A DNA stretch of 60,887 bases from Candidatus Limnocylindrales bacterium (GTDB lineage: Bacteria > Chloroflexota > Limnocylindria > QHBO01): contig DATLGA010000095.1 of the NCBI GenBank assembly GCA_035540715.1, positions 1 to 60,887 on the forward strand. The letters run 5' to 3'. Shown one piece after another: positions 37,170-45,811 of the stretch. The translations under genes were made by a program, and so were the position numbers. The first letter of the stretch is position 1; the number at the start of each line of letters is the position of its first letter. Below the pieces are notes generated by a model. That model saw only the letters and a program-made list of their open reading frames with translations, did no database searches and was not told where the DNA came from.

Positions 37170-38081
37170 ATGCGTCGCTGGTGGGCCGAGGCGCGCGCCG
37201 CCGCCGCGCACGTCGCCGATCATTCCGGCAGCTGGCTGCCCGGCGCGCTGGCCTGGTGCCTGGGGCTCGGCTGGATTCCACTGGTCCTCGTCGTCGCGCG
37301 CCCGCCCTCGGTGGCCGATCTGACCTTCCTCGGCGCGCGGATCTACACCGGCGCGGCATGGCCGTGGAACGCGATCGCGGCCGCAGCGGGCGGCCTGCTG
37401 CTCGTGGCCGTGGCGTTCCTGCTCGTCACCCTGGCCGAAGCCTCGCTGCTCGCTCGCGCCTCGCGCGTTCGGCCTTCGGCGGGCGTCGTCGGCCGGTTGC
37501 TCGGCATCGGTTTCGTGGCGGCCGCCCCGGTCCTCGCCGCGCTGCTGGCGACCGGCGTCGCCGCCGTCATGGTCGCGATGCGCGAGTTCACCGCGCCCAC
37601 ACCGGGGGACCCGATGCTGCGGACGATGGGCCGGCTGATGCCGTTCCTCGCCGGGGTCGGGCTGGCATGGCTGATCGGCGGCGTGGTTCACGCGGCCGCC
37701 TCCCGCGCAGCGGTCGGTCGCGCCGATGCCGGCATCGTCGACGCCCTGGCCGCGGTGCCACGCCGGCTCCGCCTGAGTGGGACGGCCGGGCTGGCCCACG
37801 CCCTCGTCCTGGCTCTGCTCCGGCTGGCCTACGTGGTGTTCGCCACGGTCCTGCTCGGCGTGCTGTGGGCGCCCATCGGCCTCCGGCTCGCGGGCGGCTC
37901 GATCGACCCCGCGGCCGTGCCGCTGCTGGTAGGCTTCGTGGCGATCTGGCTCTGCCTCCTCCTCGGCGGCGGCGCGCTCCACGCGTGGGGCTCGCTGACC
38001 TGGACGCGGGTGCTCGCGGCCCCGGCGCGCGGCGGAGGCCGGGCCGGACGGCACGCACCGGGAGACCCGCATCGCTCGTGA
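37170..38081 (+). CDS. hypothetical polytopic membrane protein
   Basis: 303 aa with about 7 hydrophobic segments. No motif recognised. The stop overlaps the next start as GTGA. Confidence 0.5.
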   Translation: MRRWWAEARAAAAHVADHSGSWLPGALAWCLGLGWIPLVLVVARPPSVADLTFLGARIYTGAAWPWNAIAAAAGGLLLVAVAFLLVTLAEASLLARASRVRPSAGVVGRLLGIGFVAAAPVLAALLATGVAAVMVAMREFTAPTPGDPMLRTMGRLMPFLAGVGLAWLIGGVVHAAASRAAVGRADAGIVDALAAVPRRLRLSGTAGLAHALVLALLRLAYVVFATVLLGVLWAPIGLRLAGGSIDPAAVPLLVGFVAIWLCLLLGGGALHAWGSLTWTRVLAAPARGGGRAGRHAPGDPHRS

Positions 38082-38590
38082 ACGTGGAACTGACGCTCGA
38101 GACCGAGCTCAACCTCGCCCTCCGCCTCACCGTGGGGCTCGTCCTGGGCGCGATCATCGGCTTCGAGCGCGAGCTGCATCGGCAGCCGGCAGGGTTCCGC
38201 ACGCACAGCCTCGTCTCGCTGGGCGCGGCGCTGTTCACGGTCGTGAGCGCGTTCGGCTTCGGGGGCGTCATGGTGGACCCGACCCGCATCGCCGCCCAGA
38301 TCGTGTCGGGCATCGGCTTCATCGGCGCCGGCACGATCCTGCAGTACCGCGGGCACATTCGCGGCCTGACGACGGCCGCCAGCCTGTGGTCGGTCGCCGC
38401 CATCGGCACCGCCGCGGGCGCCGGGCTCTTCGTCGTCGCGACGATCGGGACCGTGCTCATCCTGGTCGTCCTGACCATTCTCGACCACGTGGAGGGATAC
38501 GCCGCCAGACGGCTGCGGCTCCCCCCTGCGGGGTTCAAGCTCCCCGGCGAGGATCAGCCACACGACGGAAAAAGCGAGGACATGCCGTGA
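38078..38590 (+). CDS. mgtC: MgtC/SapB-family membrane protein
   Basis: Tail of track ORF 37181..38590: ..LRLTVGLVLGAIIGFERE....PAGFRTH.LV.LGAALF.......IAAQIVSGIGFIGAG.I. Confidence 0.85.
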   Translation: MNVELTLETELNLALRLTVGLVLGAIIGFERELHRQPAGFRTHSLVSLGAALFTVVSAFGFGGVMVDPTRIAAQIVSGIGFIGAGTILQYRGHIRGLTTAASLWSVAAIGTAAGAGLFVVATIGTVLILVVLTILDHVEGYAARRLRLPPAGFKLPGEDQPHDGKSEDMP

Positions 38591-39477
38591 CCCTGATGAC
38601 CACCGACCTGGCCGGCCTCTCGCTCGTGCACCGCGGCAAGGTGCGCGAGACGTACGAGGTCGACGACAGCCACCTGCTGCTCGTCGCCACCGACCGCCTC
38701 AGCGCCTTCGACGTCGTGTTCGATCAGCCGATTCCCGAGAAGGGAGCGGTCCTCACGCAGCTCTCGGCGTGGTGGTTCGAGCAGCTCTCGGCGCTCGGCC
38801 GCTCGCACTTCGTGAGCGCCGATCCGGCTCGACTGCCCGAGCAGGCGCGTACGCCCGAGATGGCCCGCCGCTCGATGCTCGTGCGCCGAGCCGAGCGGGT
38901 CGATGCCGAGTGCGTCGTGCGCGGCTACCTCGCCGGCTCCGGCTGGGCCGAGTACGGCCGGACCGGGGCCGTGTGCGGCCATCCGCTCCCCGACGGCCTG
39001 CGCGAGGCGGATCGCCTTCCGGAGCCGATCTTCACCCCGTCGACGAAGGCGGAGGTCGGCCACGACGAGAACATCACCCGTGACCAGTTGGCCGAGCTGG
39101 TCGGCAGCGACCTGGCCCGTCAGCTCGAGGATCGGTCGATCGCCCTCTACCTGGAGGGAGCGCGCCGAGCGGAAGCGGTCGGGCTGATCCTGGCCGATAC
39201 GAAGTTCGAGTTCGGTTGGATCGACGGCGAGCTGGCCGTCATCGACGAGGTGCTCACGCCGGACTCGAGCCGGTTCTGGGACGCCGAGCACTACGCCCCC
39301 GGCTCGTCGCCGCAGAGCTTCGACAAGCAGTTCGTGCGCGACTTCGTGGCCGCGTCGGGATGGAACAAGGAGCCGCCGGCGCCGACGCTGCCCGACGACG
39401 TCATCGCGGGTACCCGGAACCGCTACGTCGCCGCGTACGAGCGGCTCACGGGGCTGAGCTGGGACGGGCCGGCCTGA
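38587..39477 (+). CDS. purC: phosphoribosylaminoimidazole-succinocarboxamide synthase
   Basis: GTG 38587 (GTGA overlap) or ATG 38596. ..HRGKVRETYEVDDSHLLLVATDRLSAFDVV... ..ILADTKFEFG.. Confidence 0.92.
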   Translation: MTLMTTDLAGLSLVHRGKVRETYEVDDSHLLLVATDRLSAFDVVFDQPIPEKGAVLTQLSAWWFEQLSALGRSHFVSADPARLPEQARTPEMARRSMLVRRAERVDAECVVRGYLAGSGWAEYGRTGAVCGHPLPDGLREADRLPEPIFTPSTKAEVGHDENITRDQLAELVGSDLARQLEDRSIALYLEGARRAEAVGLILADTKFEFGWIDGELAVIDEVLTPDSSRFWDAEHYAPGSSPQSFDKQFVRDFVAASGWNKEPPAPTLPDDVIAGTRNRYVAAYERLTGLSWDGPA

Positions 39478-39488
39478 CGGTGCGCTGG

Positions 39489-39764
39489 ATGGCCGAGGTC
39501 CACGTGGCCCTCCGTCCGGGGATCGCCGACCCGGAGGGGCAGACGATCGCGTCCGGCCTGCGGTCGCTCGGCTACGAGTCGGTGTCCGGCGTTCGGACCG
39601 GCAAGCTCATGCGCATCGACTTCGAGGCCGACGACCCGGTAGCAGCCGAGGCGACGGTCGCCGACATGTGCCGCCGCCTGCTCGCCAACCCGGTCATGGA
39701 GACGGCGAGCTGGGAGCTGCGCGCCGCCGAAGAGATGCCGGCGAACGGGGCCGTCACCGGATGA
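39489..39764 (+). CDS. purS: phosphoribosylformylglycinamidine synthase subunit PurS
   Basis: MAEVHVALRPGIADPEGQTIASGLRSLGY..V..VR.GK.... About 91 aa. GTG 39480 is an alternative start. Confidence 0.88.
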   Translation: MAEVHVALRPGIADPEGQTIASGLRSLGYESVSGVRTGKLMRIDFEADDPVAAEATVADMCRRLLANPVMETASWELRAAEEMPANGAVTG

Positions 39765-40507
39765 CCCTGCTCGCGGGCCGGCCGCGGGTGGCCGTCGCCG
39801 TCTTCCCGGGAACGTGGAGCGAGCGGGACTTCCTCCACGTGGCCGAGGCCGTCCTCGGCTGGGACGCGCGTCTGGTCTGGCACGCCGAGCCGGAGCTGGG
39901 CCCGGCCGATGCCGTCGTCCTCCCCGGCGGCTTTGCCCACGGCGATCACCTCCGCACCGGCGCGATCGCCCGCTTCTCGCCGGTCATGCGCGCCGTCGAG
40001 TCATTCGCTGCAGCCGGCGGCCCGGTCATCGGGTCGTGCAACGGGTTCCAGATCCTCACCGAGGCCGGCCTGCTTCCGGGCGCGCTCATGCGCAATGACC
40101 ACCTGGAGTTCCGCTGCGACTGGCAGTGGCTGCGCGTCGAGCGCCCCGAGCATGCGCCGGCATGGCTCTCGACCCTCACCGACGGGCAGACGATCCGTCT
40201 GCCGATCAGCCACGGCGAGGGCCGCTACGTCGCGGACGCGGCCACGCTCGACGCGCTCGAGGCGGAGGGCCGGATCGTGCTCCGCTATGCCGACGAGGCC
40301 GGGACGGTCGACGACGCGGCCAACCCGAACGGCTCGGAGCGCGGAATCGCGGGGATCGTGAACCGGGGTGGCAACGTGCTGGGCCTCATGCCCCATCCCG
40401 AGCGTGCGGCCGAGGACGACGTCGGCGGAATCGACGGACTGTGGCTGTTCCGCTCGCTGGAACGCTGGCTGCAGGAGCAGCCGGCGGCCGCCGAGCGTCG
40501 GCTATGA
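39761..40507 (+). CDS. purQ: phosphoribosylformylglycinamidine synthase subunit PurQ (glutaminase)
   Basis: ATG 39761 forms an ATGA overlap with the purS stop. ..VAVAVFPGT..ERD....VLPGGF..GD.LR.GA.......GSCNGFQIL.E.GLLPG.....HGEGR.....GLMPHPER. Confidence 0.92.
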   Translation: MTLLAGRPRVAVAVFPGTWSERDFLHVAEAVLGWDARLVWHAEPELGPADAVVLPGGFAHGDHLRTGAIARFSPVMRAVESFAAAGGPVIGSCNGFQILTEAGLLPGALMRNDHLEFRCDWQWLRVERPEHAPAWLSTLTDGQTIRLPISHGEGRYVADAATLDALEAEGRIVLRYADEAGTVDDAANPNGSERGIAGIVNRGGNVLGLMPHPERAAEDDVGGIDGLWLFRSLERWLQEQPAAAERRL

Positions 40508-41718
40508 TCGGCCCCGACCCCGAGTCAGCGTCGCAGGAGGGCGAACCACGCATGGAGAACGACGAGCGCGATCGCCGCGACTGGCCCGAGCAGGACGACG
40601 GCGGATCGCAGCCCGTGGAGCCCGACTGGGGACGGTCCGAGGATCCGGCTCTTCCCGCCGGCGAGCCGACGCATACCGAGGACCCGACGACCATCGACGA
40701 GGGGACGGGCCGGGACGACGCCACCGCGCCGGCCGAGATCGAGAGCTGGCCCAGCCAGGAAGCTGCCACGGCCGAGCCCGCCGATCGCGCCGGCGAGGAG
40801 GCCTGGCCGGCGAGCGCGCCCGAGCATCGCGACGAGCCGAGTGCCGAGGAGCGGCCACCGCAGGAGGTGGAGGCCTATCCGGCCGCCGCGGCGGAGGTCG
40901 CGGAACCGCCGGCCGCGGCGACGACGGCGCCGGCTCACAGCGTCCCGGACGCCCAGGCCACCACGGGCGAAAGCACCCAGTGCCCGCGCTGTGGAACGGA
41001 GAATCGCCCGGGGTTGTCGTTCTGCCGCAACTGCGGCCAGCGGCTCGTGGCCGCCGGCGTGTCGAGCACCGTCGAGCGCCCCGGAGCGCCGGAAGGCACG
41101 ATGGCCTGCCCGCGCTGCGGCACGCACAACCGGGCCGGCGTGGGTTTCTGCCAGAACTGCGGCGCCAACCTGCGCGGCACGTCGGAGGGCTACGTGCCGC
41201 CGGCGGTGGCCGGCGAGCGCGAGGCGGCTTCGGCCGAGCCGGCGCGCCGCGGAGCCATCCTGGGGCCGGTCGTCCTGCTCATCGGCCTGATCGGGCTCGT
41301 CACCGCCTACCTCCTGCCCTTCGCCTACGGCGCCGGGTCCCTGTTCGAGCGCGCGCTCGGCACCGGCGGCTACGGCGTCGCGTTCTGGAACGGCTACCCG
41401 GACGTCGCCGCGTCGCTGGCCGACCAGGCCTACTTCGGCCTCGCCGCGCCCGTCCCGCTACTCGGCCTCCTCCTCGTCGCGCTCGCTGTCGCGGGATTCG
41501 TCCGGGCGGCTCCGGGGCCGATGCAGACCGTCGGCCTGGTCGTGGCGCTGTTGTGGAGCATCGGGCTCATCGTGTTGTTCGGCGTCGTCGAGCTGGCCGG
41601 AAACTGGACGGGCGACATCGTCGGACTGCTGCGTGACCTGACCCCGGCGGGGATCATCTTCTTCCTCTCCGGCCTCATCATCCTGATCGGCGTGCTGACC
41701 CGCTTCGGCAGGAGCTGA
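40504..41718 (+). CDS. membrane protein: acidic disordered N-terminus, two zinc ribbons and ~4 TM helices
   Basis: ATG 40504 forms an ATGA overlap with the purQ stop. About 145 aa are D/E/P-rich. Then CPRCGTENRPGLSFCRNCG and CPRCGTHNRAGVGFCQNCG, followed by hydrophobic helices. Confidence 0.7.
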   Translation: MIGPDPESASQEGEPRMENDERDRRDWPEQDDGGSQPVEPDWGRSEDPALPAGEPTHTEDPTTIDEGTGRDDATAPAEIESWPSQEAATAEPADRAGEEAWPASAPEHRDEPSAEERPPQEVEAYPAAAAEVAEPPAAATTAPAHSVPDAQATTGESTQCPRCGTENRPGLSFCRNCGQRLVAAGVSSTVERPGAPEGTMACPRCGTHNRAGVGFCQNCGANLRGTSEGYVPPAVAGEREAASAEPARRGAILGPVVLLIGLIGLVTAYLLPFAYGAGSLFERALGTGGYGVAFWNGYPDVAASLADQAYFGLAAPVPLLGLLLVALAVAGFVRAAPGPMQTVGLVVALLWSIGLIVLFGVVELAGNWTGDIVGLLRDLTPAGIIFFLSGLIILIGVLTRFGRS

Positions 41719-41722
41719 TCCG

Positions 41723-42484
41723 ATGGCTCGCTACTGCGCCAGCTGCGGGACCGAGGTCGACGACACCGCGGTCTTCTGCCCGACCTGCGGCCAGCCGATC
41801 GAGGACGCCGACGAGGTCGACATCCCGCCGGCGCCGGCATGGCCGGACCCCGCGGCCAGCGACCTCGAGCCCGAGGCCCCCGGCCATCGTCCCGAGCCGT
41901 CGGATCGGCGCCGCGGCGACGAGCGCGATCCGGCTCGCGCGCGGGAAGAGGGCGAGGAGGACCACGACGAGGAGCCGTCGCCGGACGCGCCCACGCGGAT
42001 CGAGGCTCGTCCGGCGCCGATCGGCACGGCCACTCCGGCCGACCGCCCTCGACCTCCGGCGCGGGAGGAACGCGCCGAGGACCGGCAGACCGGCGGCGGC
42101 CTGCCGTCCATCGACCTCCCGATCACGATGCCGGTCACGCTGTCCGGCTGGCTCGTCGGCATCGGCTCGGTGCTGGCGGTCATCGGCCTCGTCGTCATCC
42201 TGGTGGTCGGCGTCCTGAACGTCATCGACCTGCTCCTCCTGCTGGCGTTGCTCGCCGTCGCGGCGACCGTCTTCTTCGCGGCCCACCTGCCCGGTGTCCC
42301 GCACCTGCGTCTCGTGACGCTCGTCGTGGCCCTCATCGCCTTCGGGGTCGCTCTCGACCGGGTCGGCTTCCGCGGCGGAGGCGTCGGCGAGCTGCTCCTG
42401 TTCCTGGGCACCGCGGCGGCGGCGATCGGCGCGATCATCCTCGAGCTCGGCCACGACCAGCCGCTCGGCGGGCCGCAGCGCTGA
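41723..42484 (+). CDS. membrane protein: N-terminal zinc ribbon, charged disordered linker and ~4 TM helices
   Basis: MARYCASCGTEVDDTAVFCPTCG, then about 110 aa rich in P/E/D/R, then hydrophobic helices. Starts 4 nt after the previous stop and ends 4 nt before purL. Confidence 0.7.
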   Translation: MARYCASCGTEVDDTAVFCPTCGQPIEDADEVDIPPAPAWPDPAASDLEPEAPGHRPEPSDRRRGDERDPARAREEGEEDHDEEPSPDAPTRIEARPAPIGTATPADRPRPPAREERAEDRQTGGGLPSIDLPITMPVTLSGWLVGIGSVLAVIGLVVILVVGVLNVIDLLLLLALLAVAATVFFAAHLPGVPHLRLVTLVVALIAFGVALDRVGFRGGGVGELLLFLGTAAAAIGAIILELGHDQPLGGPQR

Positions 42485-42488
42485 CCCG

Positions 42489-44699
42489 ATGACGCTCGCG
42501 CCACCGCCCGCCGAGCAGCGCCACGGGCTGACGGAGCGCGAGTACGAGCTCGTCATCGAGGCCCTCGGCCGCCCGCCGAATGGCGTGGAGCTCGGCATGT
42601 TCGGTGCGATGTGGTCGGAGCACTGCGCCTACAAGCACTCCCGGCCGCTGCTCGGCCGCCTGCCGAAGGACGGTGAGGCGGTGCTCGTCGGACCGGGCGA
42701 GAACGCGGGGGCCGTCGACATCGGCGACGGCCTGGCGGTCGTCTTCAAGGTCGAGTCGCACAACCATCCGTCCGCCGTCGAGCCGTACCAGGGCGCGGCG
42801 ACCGGCGTTGGCGGCATCATCCGCGACATCTTCACGATGGGTGCCCGCCCGATCGCGCTCCTCAACAGCCTGCGCTTCGGTCCGCTCGAGGCCGATGCGG
42901 AGACCGATCCGGCCACCGCGGCGCGCAACCGGTACCTGCTCGGCGGCGTGGTCGGCGGCATTGCCGGCTACGGCAACTGCATCGGCATCCCGGACGTCGG
43001 TGGCGAGATCACCTTCGACGCGTCGTACTCCGGCAACCCGCTCGTCAACGCGATGTGCGTCGGGATCGCGCGCCACGACGAGATCACGCTGGCGCGGGCG
43101 GCCGGCGCGGGCAACGTGCTCCTGCTCGTCGGGGCGGCGACCGGCCGTGACGGCATCCAGGGGGCGAGCTTCGCGTCGGCCACGCTGGCCGAGGACAGCG
43201 ACGAGCGGCGGCCCGCGGTCCAGGTCGGCAATCCATTCCTCGAGAAGCTGCTCATGGAGGCCTGCCTCGAGCTCGCGCGCGGCGACTCGGTCGTGGCGAT
43301 GCAGGATCTCGGCGCCGCCGGGCTCACCTGCGCGCTCGCGGAGCTCACCGCTCGCGGCGGCGTCGGCGCCGAGGTGGATCTCGATGCCGTCCCGCGGCGC
43401 GAGGACGGCATGAGCCCGTACGAGGTCCTCCTGTCGGAGTCGCAGGAGCGGATGCTGATCGTCGTTCCGCCCGGTCGCGTCGGCGAGGTGCAGGCGGCCT
43501 TCGAGCGCTACGAGCTCCACGCGGCGGAGATCGGCCACGTCATCGACGAGCCGATCATCCGCGCTCGCGGCGCTGGCGAGCTCGTGTGCTCCGTGCCGGG
43601 CCGTGCTCTGGCCGACGACGCTCCCCGCTACGAGATCGCGGGCACGGCCTCGCGACCGACCGATGTGGACCTGGAATCGCTCGCCGCACAGGCGATCGAC
43701 TCCTCGGTCGTGCTCGAGCTGATCGCGTCCCCGAACGCGCGCGACCGCAAGCCGATCTGGCGCCGCTACGACCACATGAACGGCACGAACACGCTCGTCG
43801 GTCCCGGTGGAGGTGACGCGGCCGTGCTGCGGATCAAGGGGACGGATCGGGCCATCGCTCTTTCGATCGACGGCCCCGGCCCCGCTCGGGCCGGCGCGCT
43901 CGACCCGTTCGTGGCCGGGGCCTCGGCAGTCCTCGAGGGCGCGATGAACGTCGCCTGCAGCGGGGCGCGCCCGATCGGCGTCACCGACTGCCTCAATTTC
44001 GGCTCGCCCGAAACCGAGCTGGGCGCCTGGCAGCTCGAGCGAGCGATCGACGGGATCGCCGAGGCATGCCGCGCGCTCGGCGTGCCCGTCGTGTCGGGCA
44101 ACGTGAGCCTGTACAACGAGACCCCGGCCGGACCGATCCTCCCCACGCCGGTCGTCGGCACGGTCGGCCTCCTCGAGCACCGCGACGAGCGCGTGTCGAT
44201 GGCCTGGGCCGGGGGCGACGAGCTCTGGCTGCTGGGGGAGCCGGCCGACGACGCCGATGCGCTCGCCGCATCGGAGCTGGCGTGGCGACGCAACCTCCGC
44301 GGCGGCAGCCCGCGGCTCGCGATCGAGACCGCGGTCGCGCTCGTCGACCTGCTGCCACGGCTCGCCCGCTCGCGCACGGCACGAGCGGCGCACGATCTCT
44401 CCGTCGGCGGCCTCGCCGTCGCGCTGGCTCGCATGGCGATCGCCTCCGGGATCGGTGCCTCGATCGAGCTCGAGACGGATCGCCCCACCGCCGCGGCCTT
44501 CGGCGAGCGAGCCGGCCGCGCCATCGTGGCGCTCGACCCGGCGGCGGTACCCGCACTGCGCGCCGCGGCCGACGATGCGGGCGTCGCGGCGCGTCGGCTC
44601 GGCCGGGCGGGCGGGGACAGGCTCACGATCCTGGCCGGCCACGCGTCGGTGACGCTCGGGCTGGGGGAGCTCGGCAGCGCCTGGCGGACCGCCTTCTAG
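42489..44699 (+). CDS. purL: phosphoribosylformylglycinamidine synthase subunit PurL
   Basis: 736 aa. ..FGAMWSEHCAYKHSR....GENAGAVD....VFKVESHNHPSAVEPYQGAATGVGGIIRD.. Confidence 0.95.
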   Translation: MTLAPPPAEQRHGLTEREYELVIEALGRPPNGVELGMFGAMWSEHCAYKHSRPLLGRLPKDGEAVLVGPGENAGAVDIGDGLAVVFKVESHNHPSAVEPYQGAATGVGGIIRDIFTMGARPIALLNSLRFGPLEADAETDPATAARNRYLLGGVVGGIAGYGNCIGIPDVGGEITFDASYSGNPLVNAMCVGIARHDEITLARAAGAGNVLLLVGAATGRDGIQGASFASATLAEDSDERRPAVQVGNPFLEKLLMEACLELARGDSVVAMQDLGAAGLTCALAELTARGGVGAEVDLDAVPRREDGMSPYEVLLSESQERMLIVVPPGRVGEVQAAFERYELHAAEIGHVIDEPIIRARGAGELVCSVPGRALADDAPRYEIAGTASRPTDVDLESLAAQAIDSSVVLELIASPNARDRKPIWRRYDHMNGTNTLVGPGGGDAAVLRIKGTDRAIALSIDGPGPARAGALDPFVAGASAVLEGAMNVACSGARPIGVTDCLNFGSPETELGAWQLERAIDGIAEACRALGVPVVSGNVSLYNETPAGPILPTPVVGTVGLLEHRDERVSMAWAGGDELWLLGEPADDADALAASELAWRRNLRGGSPRLAIETAVALVDLLPRLARSRTARAAHDLSVGGLAVALARMAIASGIGASIELETDRPTAAAFGERAGRAIVALDPAAVPALRAAADDAGVAARRLGRAGGDRLTILAGHASVTLGLGELGSAWRTAF

Positions 44700-45811
44700 T
44701 CGGTCGAGGGCCGGCCTCGACGCCCCGTTGGGCGACGCCGCGGCTCGTCGAGGTCGCGGATCCCGAGTGCGGCCACGATCGGGTCCTCCTCGGTGAGGTG
44801 GACCTTCGCGCGCCGCAGCGCGCGCCGCTCGAGCAGCGCCGTCGTCTCGTCGGCGACGAGCAGCGCCTCGGCGGCGTCCATGTGTCGTGCTCGCCGTCGC
44901 GCCGCCACGATGACGAAGGTGGCGGCGAGCGCGATGACGAAGGCCGCCAACCAGGCCATCGTCACCACCGTCATGCCGGCGAGCTCGTCGTCCACGCGAG
45001 GCTCGGCGCTTCCGTCGGTCCGCGGGGGCTCCACGGGCGCGGCGGTGCCGCCCTGCGAGCTCCGCCGCTCCTCGGTCGCCACGCGGCCGGCCGGCTGAGA
45101 GCCGGCGGGCGCGGCGTCCGCGGTGTCGCCGGCCGCCGTGCCCTCCTTCGGGTGGTCGGCGGCGGTGGGCGACGGCAACGGCGACGGCGACGGCGCCGGG
45201 GTCGTGGCCGTCCGGCCTGCGCCATCCGTCGCGCGCGCCGCGGCGGCGTCATCAATCGATGTCGCCTCCCCCTCGGACGGCGTGCGAGCGGCCACGGGCT
45301 CCGGAGCGGCGGTCGGCTCCGAGACGGCCGATGCGGGTGACGCCGGCGCGGCCGATGCGATCGGCTCCGTCGAGCCGGGTGCCTCGGGACTTCGCGCGGC
45401 GCTCGGCGAGCTGTGGCCCGGAGCCGGCTCGGCCGGCTCGTGCGATGCCTCGTCGCCAGCGACGTCGAGCGTGGGGCCGATCAGCGTGGCCGTGTTGCCG
45501 AGGACGGCCGAGGCGACGAAGGCGACCGGCCAGCTGCCGGCGGGCAGGGTGGTGCTCGTGCTCCATCGGCCGTCGAGCAGGACCCCCGACGAGAGCTCCA
45601 TGTCCAGCACGCGGCCCGCGACATGGGCCTCCACGCGCACCGCGTCGAACAGGCCGACGTAGTCGACCTCGAGCGTGAATACCGTCGACGTCGTACCACT
45701 GGGCGGCGTTGCCTGGCCATTCAGCAGCGCATTGTCCCCGCCCGACACGGCCGACGGCGCTCCCAGGAGCGCCGCGAGGATGGCCGGGACCATGAGGGCG
45801 AGCCGACCCAT
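44696..45811 (-). CDS. hypothetical exported, membrane-anchored protein with a long P/A/S/T-rich linker
   Basis: Start moved to ATG 45811 (MGRLALMVPAILAALLGAPSAVSG signal). A beta-rich domain of about 110 aa, a low-complexity region of about 170 aa, one TM (MAWLAAFVIALAATFVIVAA) and a cytoplasmic tail of about 60 aa. The start overlaps the upstream stop (TGATG). Confidence 0.55.
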   Translation of the reverse strand: MGRLALMVPAILAALLGAPSAVSGGDNALLNGQATPPSGTTSTVFTLEVDYVGLFDAVRVEAHVAGRVLDMELSSGVLLDGRWSTSTTLPAGSWPVAFVASAVLGNTATLIGPTLDVAGDEASHEPAEPAPGHSSPSAARSPEAPGSTEPIASAAPASPASAVSEPTAAPEPVAARTPSEGEATSIDDAAAARATDGAGRTATTPAPSPSPLPSPTAADHPKEGTAAGDTADAAPAGSQPAGRVATEERRSSQGGTAAPVEPPRTDGSAEPRVDDELAGMTVVTMAWLAAFVIALAATFVIVAARRRARHMDAAEALLVADETTALLERRALRRAKVHLTEEDPIVAALGIRDLDEPRRRPTGRRGRPSTD

